This document shows positions 1 through 12,870 of a DNA stretch of 64,000 bases, piece after piece (position 1 is the stretch's first letter; each line of letters starts with the position of its first letter). A program made the translations under genes and the position numbers. The DNA is taken from assembly GCA_038087875.1 (NCBI GenBank), contig JAXLNO010000446.1, forward strand, positions 806,001-870,000. Direction: 5' to 3'. Source of the DNA: Malacoraja senta. Lineage: Eukaryota. The notes under the pieces are model-generated. The model did no database searches. It was not told where the DNA came from and worked only from the letters and a program-made list of their open reading frames with translations.

Positions 1-60
1 GCACCAAGGCAACTTCCTTGTATGTGAATACTTGGCCAATAAACTTACTTACTTACTTAC
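1..60 (+). mobile_element. 3' terminus of Rex1/Babar-type LINE with (ACTT)n tail
   Basis: Near-identical to the 3' ends at 18030-18090 and 46263-46321, which follow Rex/Babar RT coding sequence. Confidence 0.8.
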
Positions 61-69
61 TGACAATAT

Positions 70-288
70 GCTACACACACTAGGGACAATTTACAATTAC
101 ACCAAGCCAATTAACCTGCAAACATGTACATCTTTAGAGTGTGGGAGAAAACTGGAGCACTCGGAGAAAACCCACGTGGTCACGGGGAGAATGTACCAAC
201 TCCGTACAGACAGCACCCGTAGTCAGGATGGAACCCGGGTCTCTACCGCTGTGAGGCAGCAACTCTACCGCTGCGCCACCGTGCCGCT
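70..288 (-). mobile_element. tRNA-derived V-SINE (HE1-like)
   Basis: Minus strand has A-box TGGCGCAGCGG, B-box GGTTCCATCC and central V-domain TCTCCCCGTG...GGGTTTTCTCC; about 10 related copies in the window. Confidence 0.85.
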
Positions 289-708
289 CTAAACAACTCC
301 AGATCTTCTCTTGCAATCAAAGAGACTTGACAACTATTTGTAAATAATTTAGAGAGACAATGTTGCTTGATTTTTCATAATAATAATTAATATTATTATC
401 ATGTAATATTAATGCTAATAATTTCCAGCAACTGGATTCCTGTTATTTCCGCTCAGTTTGGAAAGTGGCAGCAGTGTTCGCAGCAGCTGTGGAGAGACAT
501 TTCAATTCATCCCACACAGCAAAAGCCACTGCATAAACTCAACAAGATGAGAAATGGCAATTGTGTTAACAGCCAGGAGCAGAAATTAAAATCTCTGCTC
601 ATCCAAGGTGAGATGTGGCTCCCGCTGTTTCAATGTCAGGGCTTCTTACGCTATTGGAAGACAGATTGTATTGATGTTGATATGCTCTCATGAAAAATTA
701 TGGAATAT

Positions 709-957
709 TTAGACTTTAGAGATACAGTGCAGAAACAGTCCACTGCAACCAGCAATCCCAGCACTATCCTACACACTAGGAACAATTGACATTTTTTACC
801 AAAGCCAAATTAACCTACAAACCTGCACGTCTTCGGAGTATTGGAGGAAACCGGAGCATTCGGAGAGAACCCATGCTGTCACATGGAACGTACACATTCC
901 GTACAGACGGCACCTGTAGTCAGGATCGAACCTGGCACTCTGCCGCTGTGCCACCGT
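709..957 (-). mobile_element. HE1-like V-SINE, degraded
   Basis: Similar to the 70-288 copy and retains the CTGTATCTCTAAAGTCTAAA tail. Confidence 0.75.
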
Positions 958-1186
958 TCAGAAATGTCTCTTTCTGAAAGTGGTACAAGAGGTTTGGTGG
1001 TCTTCATCAGTCGGGGAATGGAGTGGAGAAGGAGACACAGAATTCTGGTGTAGCTCAATGTTGTAGGGGAAGGAATAGTGCGGGGTGATCACTAGTAAAT
1101 GGGGATGTGGACTGTGCCAATGTGGTGACTGGGAACCGCAGACAAAAACTAAAGGCAGAGACATGGAATGCAGCAGTGACAACACA

Positions 1187-1848
1187 GTAACTCAGCGGGT
1201 CAGGCAGCATCTGTGGGGAACATGGATAGGTGACGTTTCACAGAGTGCTGGAGTAACTCAGCGGGTCAGGCAGCATCTGTGGAGAACATGGATAGGTGAC
1301 GTTTCACAGCGTGCTGGAGTAACTCAGCGGGTCAGGCAGCATCTGTGGAGAACATGGATAGGTGACGTTTCACAGAGTGCTGGAGTAACTCAGCGGGTCA
1401 GGCAGCATCTGTGGAGCGAAGGAAATGGGCAACCTTTCGGGCCGAAACCCTGAAGGAAATAGGCAACGTTTTGGGCCGAAACCCAGAAGGGTTTCGGGCC
1501 GAAACGTTGCCTATTTCCTTCGCTCTATAGATGCTGCCGGAACATGGATAGGCGACGTTTCACAGAGTGCTGGAGTAACTCAGCGGGTCAGGCAGCATCT
1601 GTGGAGGACATGGATAGGTGACGTTTCACAGAGTGCTGGAGTAACTCAGCGGGTCAGGCAGCATCTGTGGAGGACATGGATAGGTGACGTTTCACAGAGT
1701 GCTGGAGTAACTCTGCGGGTCAGGCAGCATCTGTGGAGAACATGGATAGGTGACGTTTCACAGAGTGCTGGAGTAACTCAGCGGGTCAGGCAGCATCTGT
1801 GGAGAACATGGATAGGTGACGTTTCGGGTCGAGACCCTTCTTCAGACT
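1187..1848 (-). repeat. 66-bp tandem array (about 8-9 units) derived from a Penelope terminus, interrupted at ~1411-1540 by inverted Penelope-terminus fragments
   Basis: Unit CAGAGTGCTGGAGTAACTCAGCGGGTCAGGCAGCATCTGTGGAGAACATGGATAGGTGACGTTTCA; GTAACTC recurs at 1187, 1253, 1319, 1385; array ends in a hammerhead core. Confidence 0.9.
1818..1845 (-). ncRNA. Minimal type I hammerhead ribozyme core (Penelope-associated), putative
   Basis: Minus strand CTGAAGA-A-GGGT-CTCG-ACCC-GAAA-CG-TC: both conserved boxes, stem II and the palindromic ACGT mini stem III; stem I pairing is weak. Confidence 0.6.
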
Positions 1849-2159
1849 GGCATTAGAATGGAAGTTAATTGTGGGCAGGAAGTGCATTACGGGACTTTGT
1901 ATGAAGGAGGTGGGCAGAATAACACTGAACATTCAGGAAATGGTGTCGGTTTTGGAGGGATGTTATATTATTCCAAGGGCTGTCCTTTCCCCATTGGTTT
2001 CATGGGAAACTGATAGAATCCACAGAGACATTGCCGGCACGGTGTATGGATAGGAAAAGTTTAGAGGGATATGGGCCAAATGCAGGCAACTGGGACTAGC
2101 TTAGGTAGACACAAAGTTGATTCAGCTGTGGTGGATGTTCGTGTTCATGTTAAACTCTA

Positions 2160-2537
2160 TCATATAAGATTGTTAAGGGTATGGACACGCTAGAGGCAGG
2201 AAACATGTTCCCGATGTTGGGGGAGTCCAGAATCAGGGGCCACAGTTTAAGAATAAGGGGTAAGCCATTTAGAACGGAGACGAGGAAACACTTTTTCTCA
2301 CAGAGAGTTGTGAGTCTGTGGAATTCTCTGCCTCAGAGGGAGGTGGAGGCCGGTTCTCTGGATGCTTTCAAGAGAGAGCTAGATAGGGCTCTTAAAAATA
2401 GCAGAGTCAGGGGATATGGGGAGAAGGCAGGAACGGAGTACTGATTGTGGATGATCAGCCATGATCACATTGAATGGTGGTGCTGGCTCGAAGGACCAAA
2501 TGGCCTACTCCTGCACCTATTGTCTATTGTCTATTGT
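2160..2537 (+). mobile_element. CR1 LINE 3' fragment (lineage B, CTATTGT tail)
   Basis: ORF 2181-2444 is a CR1 ORF2 C-terminus (RGHSLRI...FFSQRVVSLWNSLP); 3' UTR hairpin and 7-mer tail. Confidence 0.9.
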
Positions 2538-2598
2538 GTTCTTTTTATTCGTATGGCTGTATGGTAACTCAGATCTCACTGTACCAATTGGTGCACGT

Positions 2599-2832
2599 AA
2601 GTAAGTAAGTAAATTTTATTTTTATAGCACATTTAAATCAACTCGTGTTGAAACCAAAGTGCTTTACATAGAAGAAATTAGGTTTCCATACATCTGTATA
2701 AAATAGGAAAAAAGGGAAAAGACACAATACACTATAGCATTTAACATGAACGTCCCCCAACAGCAGAATCAGCATTTTCCACTGAAAGGGAAGGCAATAA
2801 ATAGTTCAGTCCTCTTCCTCTGTGTTTGCCCG
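2599..2832 (-). mobile_element. 3' fragment of non-coding GC-rich element family, with L2-like (TTAC)n tail
   Basis: 2745-2832 resembles 60365-60462 and the reverse complement of 53615-53676; inserted into a Rex-type tail (GTGCACGT|...|GACCATAAA). Confidence 0.55.
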
Positions 2833-4121
2833 ACCATAAATGTGAACTTGAACTTGAACAAAGTACTGGAGTAACTCAGCGGCCCAGGCGGCATCTCTGG
2901 TGAGAAGGAATAGGTGACATCTCGGGTTGTGACCCTTCTTCAGCCTGGCTTAGATGGGGCATGTTGGTCACCATGGATGAGTTGGGCTGAAGGGCCTGTT
3001 TCTGTGCTGTATGACTCTATGACAATAATATTCTGTAGTATATTGGGCCAAAGTACCCAGTGGCACTCGGCTGACAGCAGTGTTCGACTATCCCAGCTAG
3101 AGACGTTAGCTTCCGGTTCCTCTTTGCTATGGATACGACCCATTGCCAGATGAGATCCATTCAGTGCTCTGCTGCTAAATAATTTATACCAACCTATCTT
3201 GAAATTGCTTTATTTCGACCAATGCCTGAGTAATAAACATTAATTTTATTTGAATTTAAATTAAACCACTTTCTGACTTTATTCACTCCATCCATTCATT
3301 GTTAAATCAATAGCTATAAACTTTAAAAGGAATGCTTTCTCTGTTTACTGTTTCAGAGCTGAATCCCAATCCAGATTACATCAGGCAGCTCACTCTGACG
3401 GCCGGAAGCATTGAAACAATACTTGATTTCCCATCAAAAAAAAAACCTAGAGGACCGAGAAATAAAACATAGAGCATGGTTTAAAGTGAGGGGGAAAGAT
3501 TTAATAGGGGTGACTTTGCTGATTAAATAGGGGTAATGGTCTGATTTAATACGGGCAACTTTGCTGATTTAATAGGGGTAACAGCCTGATTCCGTGACTC
3601 GAGGACTCTAACTGATCTAATGGGAGTTTTCATCTATCTGTGGAGTGATGTTGCTGACATTACAATTCCATCAGAGCGGGGAGATATTGATCCACACTTT
3701 AATCTGCCTTTTTTCCAATAAGACCAAAACAATGTTGCAATCTACAACTACTAGCATCAAATTATCTAATAATGCTCAAAGTGCACTAAATCTGCACAGT
3801 CAAGTGACAGGTTACAGTACACCTTCTGAATAACAGCCAACGAGGCTTATACATTCTCTCCCTGGTGACTGGAGGCAAGATTAGATCCAGCAAGGTTTGT
3901 GCTACTAAGTATCAGGCACTCTGCTGATCAGACTTTGGCACGAGGGGTGAGGAGACATTTGCCTGAGAAAGTTCTTTACAACAAAATCCAGATCAGTTGG
4001 GAGGTGGGCCAAGGAATGGCGAATGGAACTTCACTCTGACCAGTGTGAGGTGTTGCACTTTGCAGTGTCTGCCCAGGGCAGGAAGTGGCGGAGCTCTGGA
4101 GAGTGTTGCAGAGCAGAGAGT

Positions 4122-4502
4122 CAATAGACCATAGACAATAGGTGCAGGAGTAGGCCATTCGGCCCTTCGAGCCAGCACCACCATTCAATGTGATCATGGC
4201 TGATCATCCCCAATCAGTACCCCGTTCCTGCCTTCTCCCCATATCCCCTGACTCCGCTATCTTTAAGAGCCCTATCTAACTCTCTCTTGAAAGCATCCAG
4301 AGAACCGGCCTCCACCGCCCTCTGAGGCAGAGAATTCCACAGACTCACCACTCTCTGTGAGAAAAAGTGTTTCCTCGTCTCCGTTCTAAATGGCTTACCC
4401 CTTATTCTTAAACTGTGGCCCTGGTTCTGGACTCCCCCAACATCGGGAACATGTTTCCTGCCTCTAGCGTGTCCAAGCCCTTAATAATCTTATATGTTTC
4501 AA
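4122..4502 (-). mobile_element. CR1 lineage B 3' fragment
   Basis: Reverse-complement match to 2160-2537. Confidence 0.9.
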
Positions 4503-4554
4503 GTCGTAAATTCCTATTGTGCGTAGTTCAGAGTCGTGGGAGTCCAGGTGCACG

Positions 4555-5001
4555 ATTCCCTCACCGTGGCCAGTCAGGTGGACAGGGGGGGGGGGTGAAG
4601 AAGGCATCTGGCACAATTGCCTTAATTGGGGAAGGGTGTTGAGTACAAGAGTTGGGACATCATGATGTAGCTGTACTGGTTGCTGGTGAGACCACACTGG
4701 GAGCAGGGTGTGCAGTTCTGGTCACCCAGCGACAGAAGGCATTGAATTGGAAAGGGTGCAGAAGAGATTCACCAGGATGTTACCCGGGCTTGAGTTACAG
4801 GGAGAGGTTGGATAGGCTGGGACTAGGAGGTTGAGGGGTGACCTTATTGAGATGGACAAGATCATGAGGGGCATGGATATAGTGAACGCACACAGTCTTT
4901 TTTTCCCAGGGTAGAGGATTCTAGAACTAGAGGGCATAGGCTTAAGGTGAGAGGAGAGAGTTTTAAGAGGGACCTCAGGGGCAACATTTTAACAGAGAGG
5001 G
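4555..5001 (+). mobile_element. Old degraded CR1 3' fragment
   Basis: Residual ORF2 motifs ([29 protein letters not shown]) with frameshifts. Confidence 0.75.
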
Positions 5002-8000
5002 TATCCGCTGCGGTTCATTGCAGAGGTTAGTGTTGTGCAGTGTTCAAGAGTCTGATGGTTGCTGGAAGAAGATGTTCTTGATCCCGGAGGTCACAGTTTT
5101 CATGCTCCTGTACCTTCTTCAATGGTACTTCATTGTTATATGTACCTAGGAACAGTAAATTCCTATTGTACATAGTTCATTGAAAATCTTACTATACAAA
5201 GTATAGTGCGTATATGGAGTTTGTACCTTCTCCCCGTGACCGCGTGGGTTTTCTCCGAGATCTTCGGTTTCCTCGCACACTGGAAAATTGGCTCCATGGA
5301 AGCAAGCAGAGGGTGATGGTGGAAGGTTGCTTCTCGGACTGGAGGCCTGTGACTAATGGTGTGCCTCAGGGTTCAGTGTTGGGCCTGTTACTGCTTGTCA
5401 TCCACATCAATGATTTGGATGAGAACATACAGGGCAAGATGAGCAAGTTTGCAGATGGGTGCAAAAAGTGGGTGGTTTTGCAGATAGTGAAGATGGTTGT
5501 GGACGATTGCAGCAGGATCTGGATCGATTGGCCAGGTGGGCGGGGAATGGTTGATGGAATTTAATGCAGATAAATGTGAGATGTTGCATTTTGGGACGTC
5601 GAACAAGGGCAGGACCTACATAGTGAATGGCCGGCCTCTGGGGAGTGTTGTAGAGCAGAGGGATCAAGGGATACAGGTACATGGTTCCATGAAGGTCGAG
5701 TCGCAGGTAGATAAGGTGATCAAAAAGTTTTTTGGCACTTTGGCCTTCATCAGTCAGTGTATTGAGTATAGGTTGGGAGGTCATGTTGGAGTTGTATTAG
5801 ACATTGGTGAGGCCGCATTTAGAGTATTCTGGGCATCATGCTATAGAAACATAGAAACATAGCAAAATAGGTACAGGAGTAGGCCATTCGGCCCTTCGAG
5901 CCTGCACCGCCATTCAATATGATCATGGCTGGTCATCCAACTCAGTATCCTGTACCTGCTTTCTCTCCATACCCCCTGATCCCTTTAGCCACAAGGGCCA
6001 CATCTAACTCCCTCTTAAATATAGCCAATGAACTGGCCTCAACTACATTCTGTGGCAGAGAATTCCAGAGATTCACCACTCTCTGTGTAAAAAAATGTTT
6101 TTCTCATCTCAGTCCTAAAAGATTTCCCCTTTATCCTTAAACTGTGACTCCTTGTTCTGGACTTCCCCAACAATCGGGAACAATCTTCCTGCATCTAGCC
6201 TGTCCAACCCGTTAAGAATTTTGTAAGTTTCTATAAGATCCCTCCTCAATCTTCTAAATTCTAGCGAGTACAAGCCGAGTCTATCCAGTCTTTCTTCATA
6301 TGAAAGTCCTGACATCCCAGGAATCAGTCTGGTGAACCTTCTCTGTACTCCCTCTATGGCAAGAATGTCATTCCTCAGATTAGGAGACCAAAACTGTACG
6401 CAATACTCCAGGTGTGGTCTCACCAAGACCCTGTACAACTGCAGTAGAACCTCCCTGCTCCTATACTCAAATCCTTTTGCTATGAATGCTAACATACCAT
6501 TCGCTTTCTTCACTGCCTGCTGCACCTGCATGCCTACTTTCAATGACTGGTGTACCATGACACCCAGGTCTCGTTGCATCCCCCCTTTTCCTAATCGGCC
6601 ACCATTCAGGTAATAGTCTACTTTCCTGTTTTTGCCACCAAAGTGGATAACCTCACATTTATCCACATTATACTGCATCTGCCATGCATTTGCCCACTCA
6701 CCCAGCCTATCCAAGTCATCTTGCAGCCTCCTAGCACCCTCCTCACAGCTAAAATTGCCCCCCAGCTTAGTGTCATCCGCAAACTTGGAGATGTTGCATT
6801 GAATTCCCTCGTCCAAATGATTAATATATATTGTAAATAGCTGGGGTCCCAGAACTGAGCCTTGGGGTCCCATGGGGTCACATGGGGTCCCAGTCACTGC
6901 CTGCCATTCTGAAAAGGACCCGTTTACGCCTACTCTTTGCTTCGTGCTGCCAGCCAGTTCTCTATCCACATCAATACTGAACCCCCAATACCGTATGCTT
7001 TAAGTTTGTATATTAATCTCTTATGTGGGACCTTGTCGAAAGCCTTCTGAAAGTCCAGATATAACACATCCACTGGTTCTCCCTTATCCACTCTACTAGT
7101 TACATCCTCGAAATATTCTATAAGATTCGTCAGACATGATTTACCTTTCATAAATCCATGCTGACTTTGTCCAATGATTTCACCATTTTCCAAATGTGCT
7201 GCTATCCCATCTTTAATAACTGACTCTAGCAGTTTCCCCACTACCGATGTTAGACTAACTGGCCTGTAATTCCCCGTTTTCTCTCTCCCTCCCTTTTTAA
7301 AAAAGTGGGGTTACATTAGCTACCCTCCAATCCTCAGGAACTACTCCAGAATCTAAAGAGTTTTGAAAAATTATCACTAATGCATCCACTATTTCTGGGG
7401 CTACTTCCTTAAGTACTCTGGGATGTAGCCTATCTGGCCCTGGGGATTTGTCGGCCTTTAATCCATTCAATTTACCTAGCACCACTTCCCGGCTAACCTG
7501 GATTTCACTCAGTTCCTCCATCTCATTTGACCCCCAGTCCCCTGCTATTTCCGGCAGATTAATTAAGTCTTCCTTAGTGAAGACAGAACCAAAGTAGTTA
7601 TTCAATTGGTCTGCCATGTCCTTTTTCCCCATGATCAAATCACCTGTTTCTGAATGCAAGTGACCTACATTTGTTTTAACTAATCTTTTTTCTTCACATA
7701 TCTATAAAAACGTTTGCAGTCAGTTTTTATGTTCCCTGCCAGTTTTCTGTCATAATCTATTTTCCCTTTCCTAATTAAACCCTTTGTCCTCCTCTGCTGG
7801 ACTCTGAATTTCTCCCAGTCCTCTGGTAGGCTGCTTTTTCTGGCTAATTTGTATGCTTCATCTTTTGTTTTGATACTATCCCTGATTTCCCTTGTTATCC
7901 ACAGATGCACTACCTTCCCTGATTTATTCTTTAGCCAAACTGGGATGAACAATTGTTGTAGTTCATCCATGCAGCCTTTAAATGCCTTCCATTGCATATC

Positions 8001-8823
8001 CACCGTCAATCCTTTAAGAATCAATTGCCAGTCTATCTTGGCCAATTCACGTCTCATACCCTCAATGTTACCTTTCTTTAAGTTCAGAACCCTTGTTTTT
8101 GAATTAATTATGTCACTCTCCATCCTAATGAAGAACTCAACCATATTATGGTCACTCTTGCCCAAGGGGCCACGCACAACAAGACTGCTAACTAACCCTT
8201 CCTCATTACTCAATACCCTGTCTAGAATAGCCTGCTCTCTCGTTGGTTCCTCTACATGTTGGTTTAGATAACTATCCCGCATACATTCCAAGAATTCCTC
8301 TTCCTCAGCACCCCTGCCAATTTGATTCACCCAATTTATATGTAGATTGAAGTCACCCATTATAACTGTTTTACCTTTGTTGCACGCATTTCTAATTTCC
8401 TGTTTGATGACATCCCCAACTCCACTACTACTGTTAGGGGGCCTGTACACAACTCCCACTAGCATTTTCTGCCCCTTAATATTACGCAGCTCTACCCATA
8501 TTGATTCCACATCCTCCAAGCTAATGTCCTTCCTTTCTATTGCATTAATCTCCTCTCTAACCAGCAACGCTACCCCACCTCCTTTTCCTTTCTCTCTATC
8601 CCGAGGCCCTTATTACAGAGGCCCGAGAGCCGTTAGAGCGGTCGCAGAGGGACCTCGCCAAAATCTCCAACGTTCCAAGTTCCACTCGCACTTCAAAAAC
8701 AAGTGGGCTTAAGGAAGCCGCTGATTGGTGGAAGCAGACAAGAGGGAGCAGCTGAATGGGAGTCAGATCCTGCTGATTGTATTGTAGCTGTTTGTTTTGT
8801 ATTGTATCCAGGGTAAGGGGAGT

Positions 8824-9757
8824 ATGAGGGCCAGGGCAGTTTACTGTTCTGGATGTCAGATGTGGGAAGTCATGGAGTCTGATAGCCCTCCAGACGTCCA
8901 CATCTGCACCAGGTGTATCGAGATGGGGCTCCTAAGGGGCCGTATTAGGAACCTGGAGCAGCAGCTCGATGACCTCCGTCTGGTCAGGGAGAGCGAGGAA
9001 GTCATTGAGAGGAGTTACAGGGATGTGGTCACTCCAACACCACAGGAGGCAGGCAAGTGGATCATGGTTGGGAGAGGCAAGGGGCACAGGCAGGGACTAG
9101 AGAGTACCCCGGTGGCTGTACACCTTGACATTAAGTACTCCTGTTTGAGCACTGTTGGGGAGACAGCCTACCTGGGGGTAGCGACAGTGGCCGGGCCTGC
9201 GGTACAGAGACCGGCCCTGTTGCTCAGAAGGGTAAGGAAAAGAAGAGGGCAATACTAATAGGGGACTCTATAGTTAGGGGGTCAGACAGGGCGATTCTGT
9301 GGACGCAGTCGGGAGACCCGGATGGTAGTTTGCATCCCTGGTGCCAGGGTCTGTGATATGTCTCAACGTGTCCCAAGATATCCTGAAAGGGCGGGGAGAG
9401 GAGCCCGAGGTCGTGGTACATATAGGTACCAATGACATAGGTAAAAAAAGAGAAGAGGTCCTGAAAGGAGAATTTAGGGAGTTAGGAGGGGAGTTAAAGA
9501 GAAGGACAGCAAAGGTAACAATCTCGGGATTACTACCTGTGCCACGCGACAGTGAGAGTAGGAATGGAGCGAGGTGGAGGATAAATGCGTGGCTGAAGGA
9601 CTGGTGCAGAGGGCAGGGATTCAAATTTCTGGATCATTGGGACCTCTTTTGTGGAAGGTGCGACCTGTACAAAAAGGATGGGTTGCACTTGAACCTGAGG
9701 GGGACCGATATCCTGGCGGGGAGATCTGCAAAGGCTACTGGGGAGACTTTAAACTAG
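8824..9757 (+). pseudogene. CR1 ORF1: zinc finger/leucine zipper plus SGNH esterase domain, frameshifted
   Basis: CSGC...CTRC, LEQQLDDL heptads, GDS, HIGTND and DGLH motifs. Confidence 0.88.
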
Positions 9758-10063
9758 AATGGTTGGGGGGAGGGACTCAAATAGAGAAAGCTATTAGACA
9801 GTGTGTGAGGCAGGAGCAGAGAAGGAAAGCACTCAGACCCAACATGCAGGGGGGAAGAGAAAAACAATAATAAACAGAGAATAAGAGGTGGTGGGGTTCT
9901 TAAATGGGTGAGCAGAGAAACAGAGGGGTGTAAAATGCGGGCAGAAGCAATAGGTAGCAAGGTGAAAAGTAAAAGTGGCAGGCAGACAAATCCAGGGCAA
10001 AAATCTAAAAGGGCCACTATTCAACATAATTGTATAAGGGGTAAGAGCGTTGTAAAAACAAGC

Positions 10064-12870
10064 CTGAAGGCTTTGTGTCTCAATGCAAGGGGCATTCGTA
10101 ATAAGGTGGATGAGTTGAACGTGCAGATAGCTATTAATGATATGATATAGTTGGATCACGGAGACATGGCTCCAGGGTGACCAAGGCTGGGAGCTGAACA
10201 TCCAGAGATATTCAATATACAGGAGGATAGAGAGAAAGGAAAAGGAGGTGGGGTAGCGTTGCTGGTTAGAGAGGAGATTAACGCAGTGAAAGGAAGGACA
10301 TTAGCTTGGAGGATCTGGAATCGGTATGGGTAGAGCTGCGAAACACTAAGGGGCAGAAAACACTGGTGGGTGTTGTGTACAGGCCACCTAGCAGTAGTAG
10401 TGAAGTTGGGGATGGCATCAAACAGGAAATTAGAAATGCGTGCAACAAAGGCAAAACAGTTATAATGGGTGACTTCAATCTACATATAGATTGGGAGAAT
10501 CAAATTGGCAGGGGTGCTGAGGAAGACGATTTCTTGGAATGTATGCGGGATAGTTATCTAAACCAACATGTAGAGGAACCAACGAGAGAGCAGGCTATTC
10601 TAGACTGGGTATTGAGTAATGAGGAAGGGTTAGTTAGCAGTCTTGTTGTGCGTGCCCCCTTGGGCAAGAGTGACCAAATTATGGTTGAGTTCTTCATTAG
10701 GATGGAGAGTGACATTGTTAATTCAGAAACAACGGTTCTGAACTTAAAGAAAGGTAACTTTGAGGGTATGAGACGTGAATTGGCCAAGATTGACTGGCAA
10801 TTAGTTCTAAAAGGGTTGACGGTGGATATGCAATGGGAGGCATTTAAAGACTGCATGGATGAACTACAAAAATTGTTCATCCCAGTTTGGCAAAAGAATA
10901 AATCAGGGAAGGTAGTGCATCCGTGGATAACAAGGGAAATCAGGGATAGTATCAAAGCAAAAGATGATGCGTACAAATTAGCCAGAAAAAGCAGCATGCC
11001 AGAGGACGGGGAGAAATTCAGAGACCAGCAGAGGAGGACAAAGGGCTTAATTAGGAAAGGGAAAATAGATTATGAAAGAAAACTGGCAGGGAACATAAAA
11101 ACTGACTGCAAAAGTTTTTATAAATATGTGAAGAGAAAGAAATTAGTTAAAACAAATGTAGGTCGCTTGCAGTCAGAAACAGGTGAATTGATCATGGGGA
11201 ACAAGGATATGGCGGACCAATTGAATAACTACTTTGGTTCCGTCTTCACTAAGGAAGACATAAATAATCTGCCGGAAATAGCAGGGGACCGCGGGTCAAA
11301 GGAGTTGAAGGAATTGAGTGAAATCCAGGTTAGTCGGGAAGTGGTTTTGGGTAAATTGAATGGATTAAAGGCCGATAAATCACCAGGGCCAGATAGGCTG
11401 CATCCCAGAGTAATTAAGGAAGTAGCTCCAGAAATAGTGGATGCATTAGTGATAATTTTTCAAAACTCTTTAGATTCTGGAGTAGTTCCTGAGGATTGGA
11501 GGGTAGCAAACGTAACCCCACTTTTTTAAGAAGGGAGGGAGAGAGAAAACGGGGAATACAGACCAGTTAGTCTAACATCGGTAGTTGGGAAACTGCTAGA
11601 GTCAGTTATTAAAGATGGGATAGCAGCACATTTGGAAAGTGGTGAAATCATTGGACAAAGTCAGCATAGATTTACGAAAGGTAAATCATGTCTGACGAAT
11701 CTTATAGAAATTTTCGAGGATGTAACTAGTAGAGTGGATAGGGGAGAACCAGTGGATGTGTTATATCTGGACTTTCAGAAGGCTTTCGACAAGGTCCCAC
11801 ATAAGAGATTAGTATACAAACTTAAAGCACACGGTATTGGGGGTTCAGTATTGATGTGGATAGAGAACTGGCTGGCAAACAGGAAGCAAAGAGAAGGAGA
11901 AAAACAGGTCCTTTTCACAATGGCAGGCAGTGACTAGTGGGGTACCGCAAGGCTCAGTGCTGGGACCCCAGCTATTTACAATTTATATTAATGAGCTGGA
12001 TGAGGGAATTGAAGGCAACATCTCCAAGTTTTGCGGATGACACTAAGCTGGGGGGGCAGTGTTAGCTGTGAGGAGGATGCTAGGGACTGCAAGGTGACTT
12101 GGATAGGCTGGGTGAGTGGGCAAATGTTTGGCAGATGCAGTATAATGTGGATAAATGTGAGGTTATCCACTTGGTGGCAAAAACAGGAAAGCAGACTATT
12201 ATCTAAATGGTGGCCGATTACGAAAAGGGGAGTGCAGCGAGACCTGGGTGTCATGGTACACCAGTCATTGAAAGTAGGCATGCAGGTGCAGCAGGCAGTG
12301 AAGAAAGCAAATGGTATGTTAGCTTTCATAGCAAAAGGATTTGGAGTATAGGAGCAGGGAGGTTCTACTGCAGTTGTACAGGGTCTTGGTGAGACCACAC
12401 CTGGAGTATTGCGTACAGTTTTCGTCTCCAAATCTGAGGAAGGAACATTATAGATATAGAGGGAGTACAGAGAAGGTTCACCAGACTGATTCCTGGGATG
12501 GTCAGGACTTTCATATGAAGAAAGACTGGATAGACTTGGCTTATACTCGCTAGAATTTAGGAGATTGAGAGGGGATCTTATAGAAACGTACACAATTCTT
12601 ATGGGGTTGGACAGGCTATATGCAGGAAGATTGTTGCCGATGTTGGGGAAGTCCAGGACAAGGGGACACAGCTTAAGGATAAGGGGGAAATCATTTAAGA
12701 CCGAGATGAGAAAAAACTTTTTCACACAGAGAGTGGTGAATCTCTGGAACTCTCTGCCACAGAGGGTAGTTGAGGCCAGTTCATTGGCTATATTTAAGAG
12801 GGAGTTAGATGTGGCCCTTGTGGCTAAAGGGATCAGGGGGTATGGAGAGAAGGCAGGTACGGGAAACTGA
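10064..12870 (+). pseudogene. CR1 ORF2 (APE endonuclease plus reverse transcriptase), multiple frameshifts
   Basis: LNARGIRNK, YRPP, GDFN, KSPGPD, LDFQKAFD and C-terminal WNSLP across ORFs 10306-11529, 11632-11937 and 12031-12870. Confidence 0.93.

Noticed and set aside
1187..1848. CRISPR-like array
   Set aside because: Units are contiguous with no unique spacers, there are no cas genes, and the context is eukaryotic
3335..3435. Possible host exon after a TTTCAG acceptor
   Set aside because: No convincing donor, ORF or homology; cannot be supported from sequence alone
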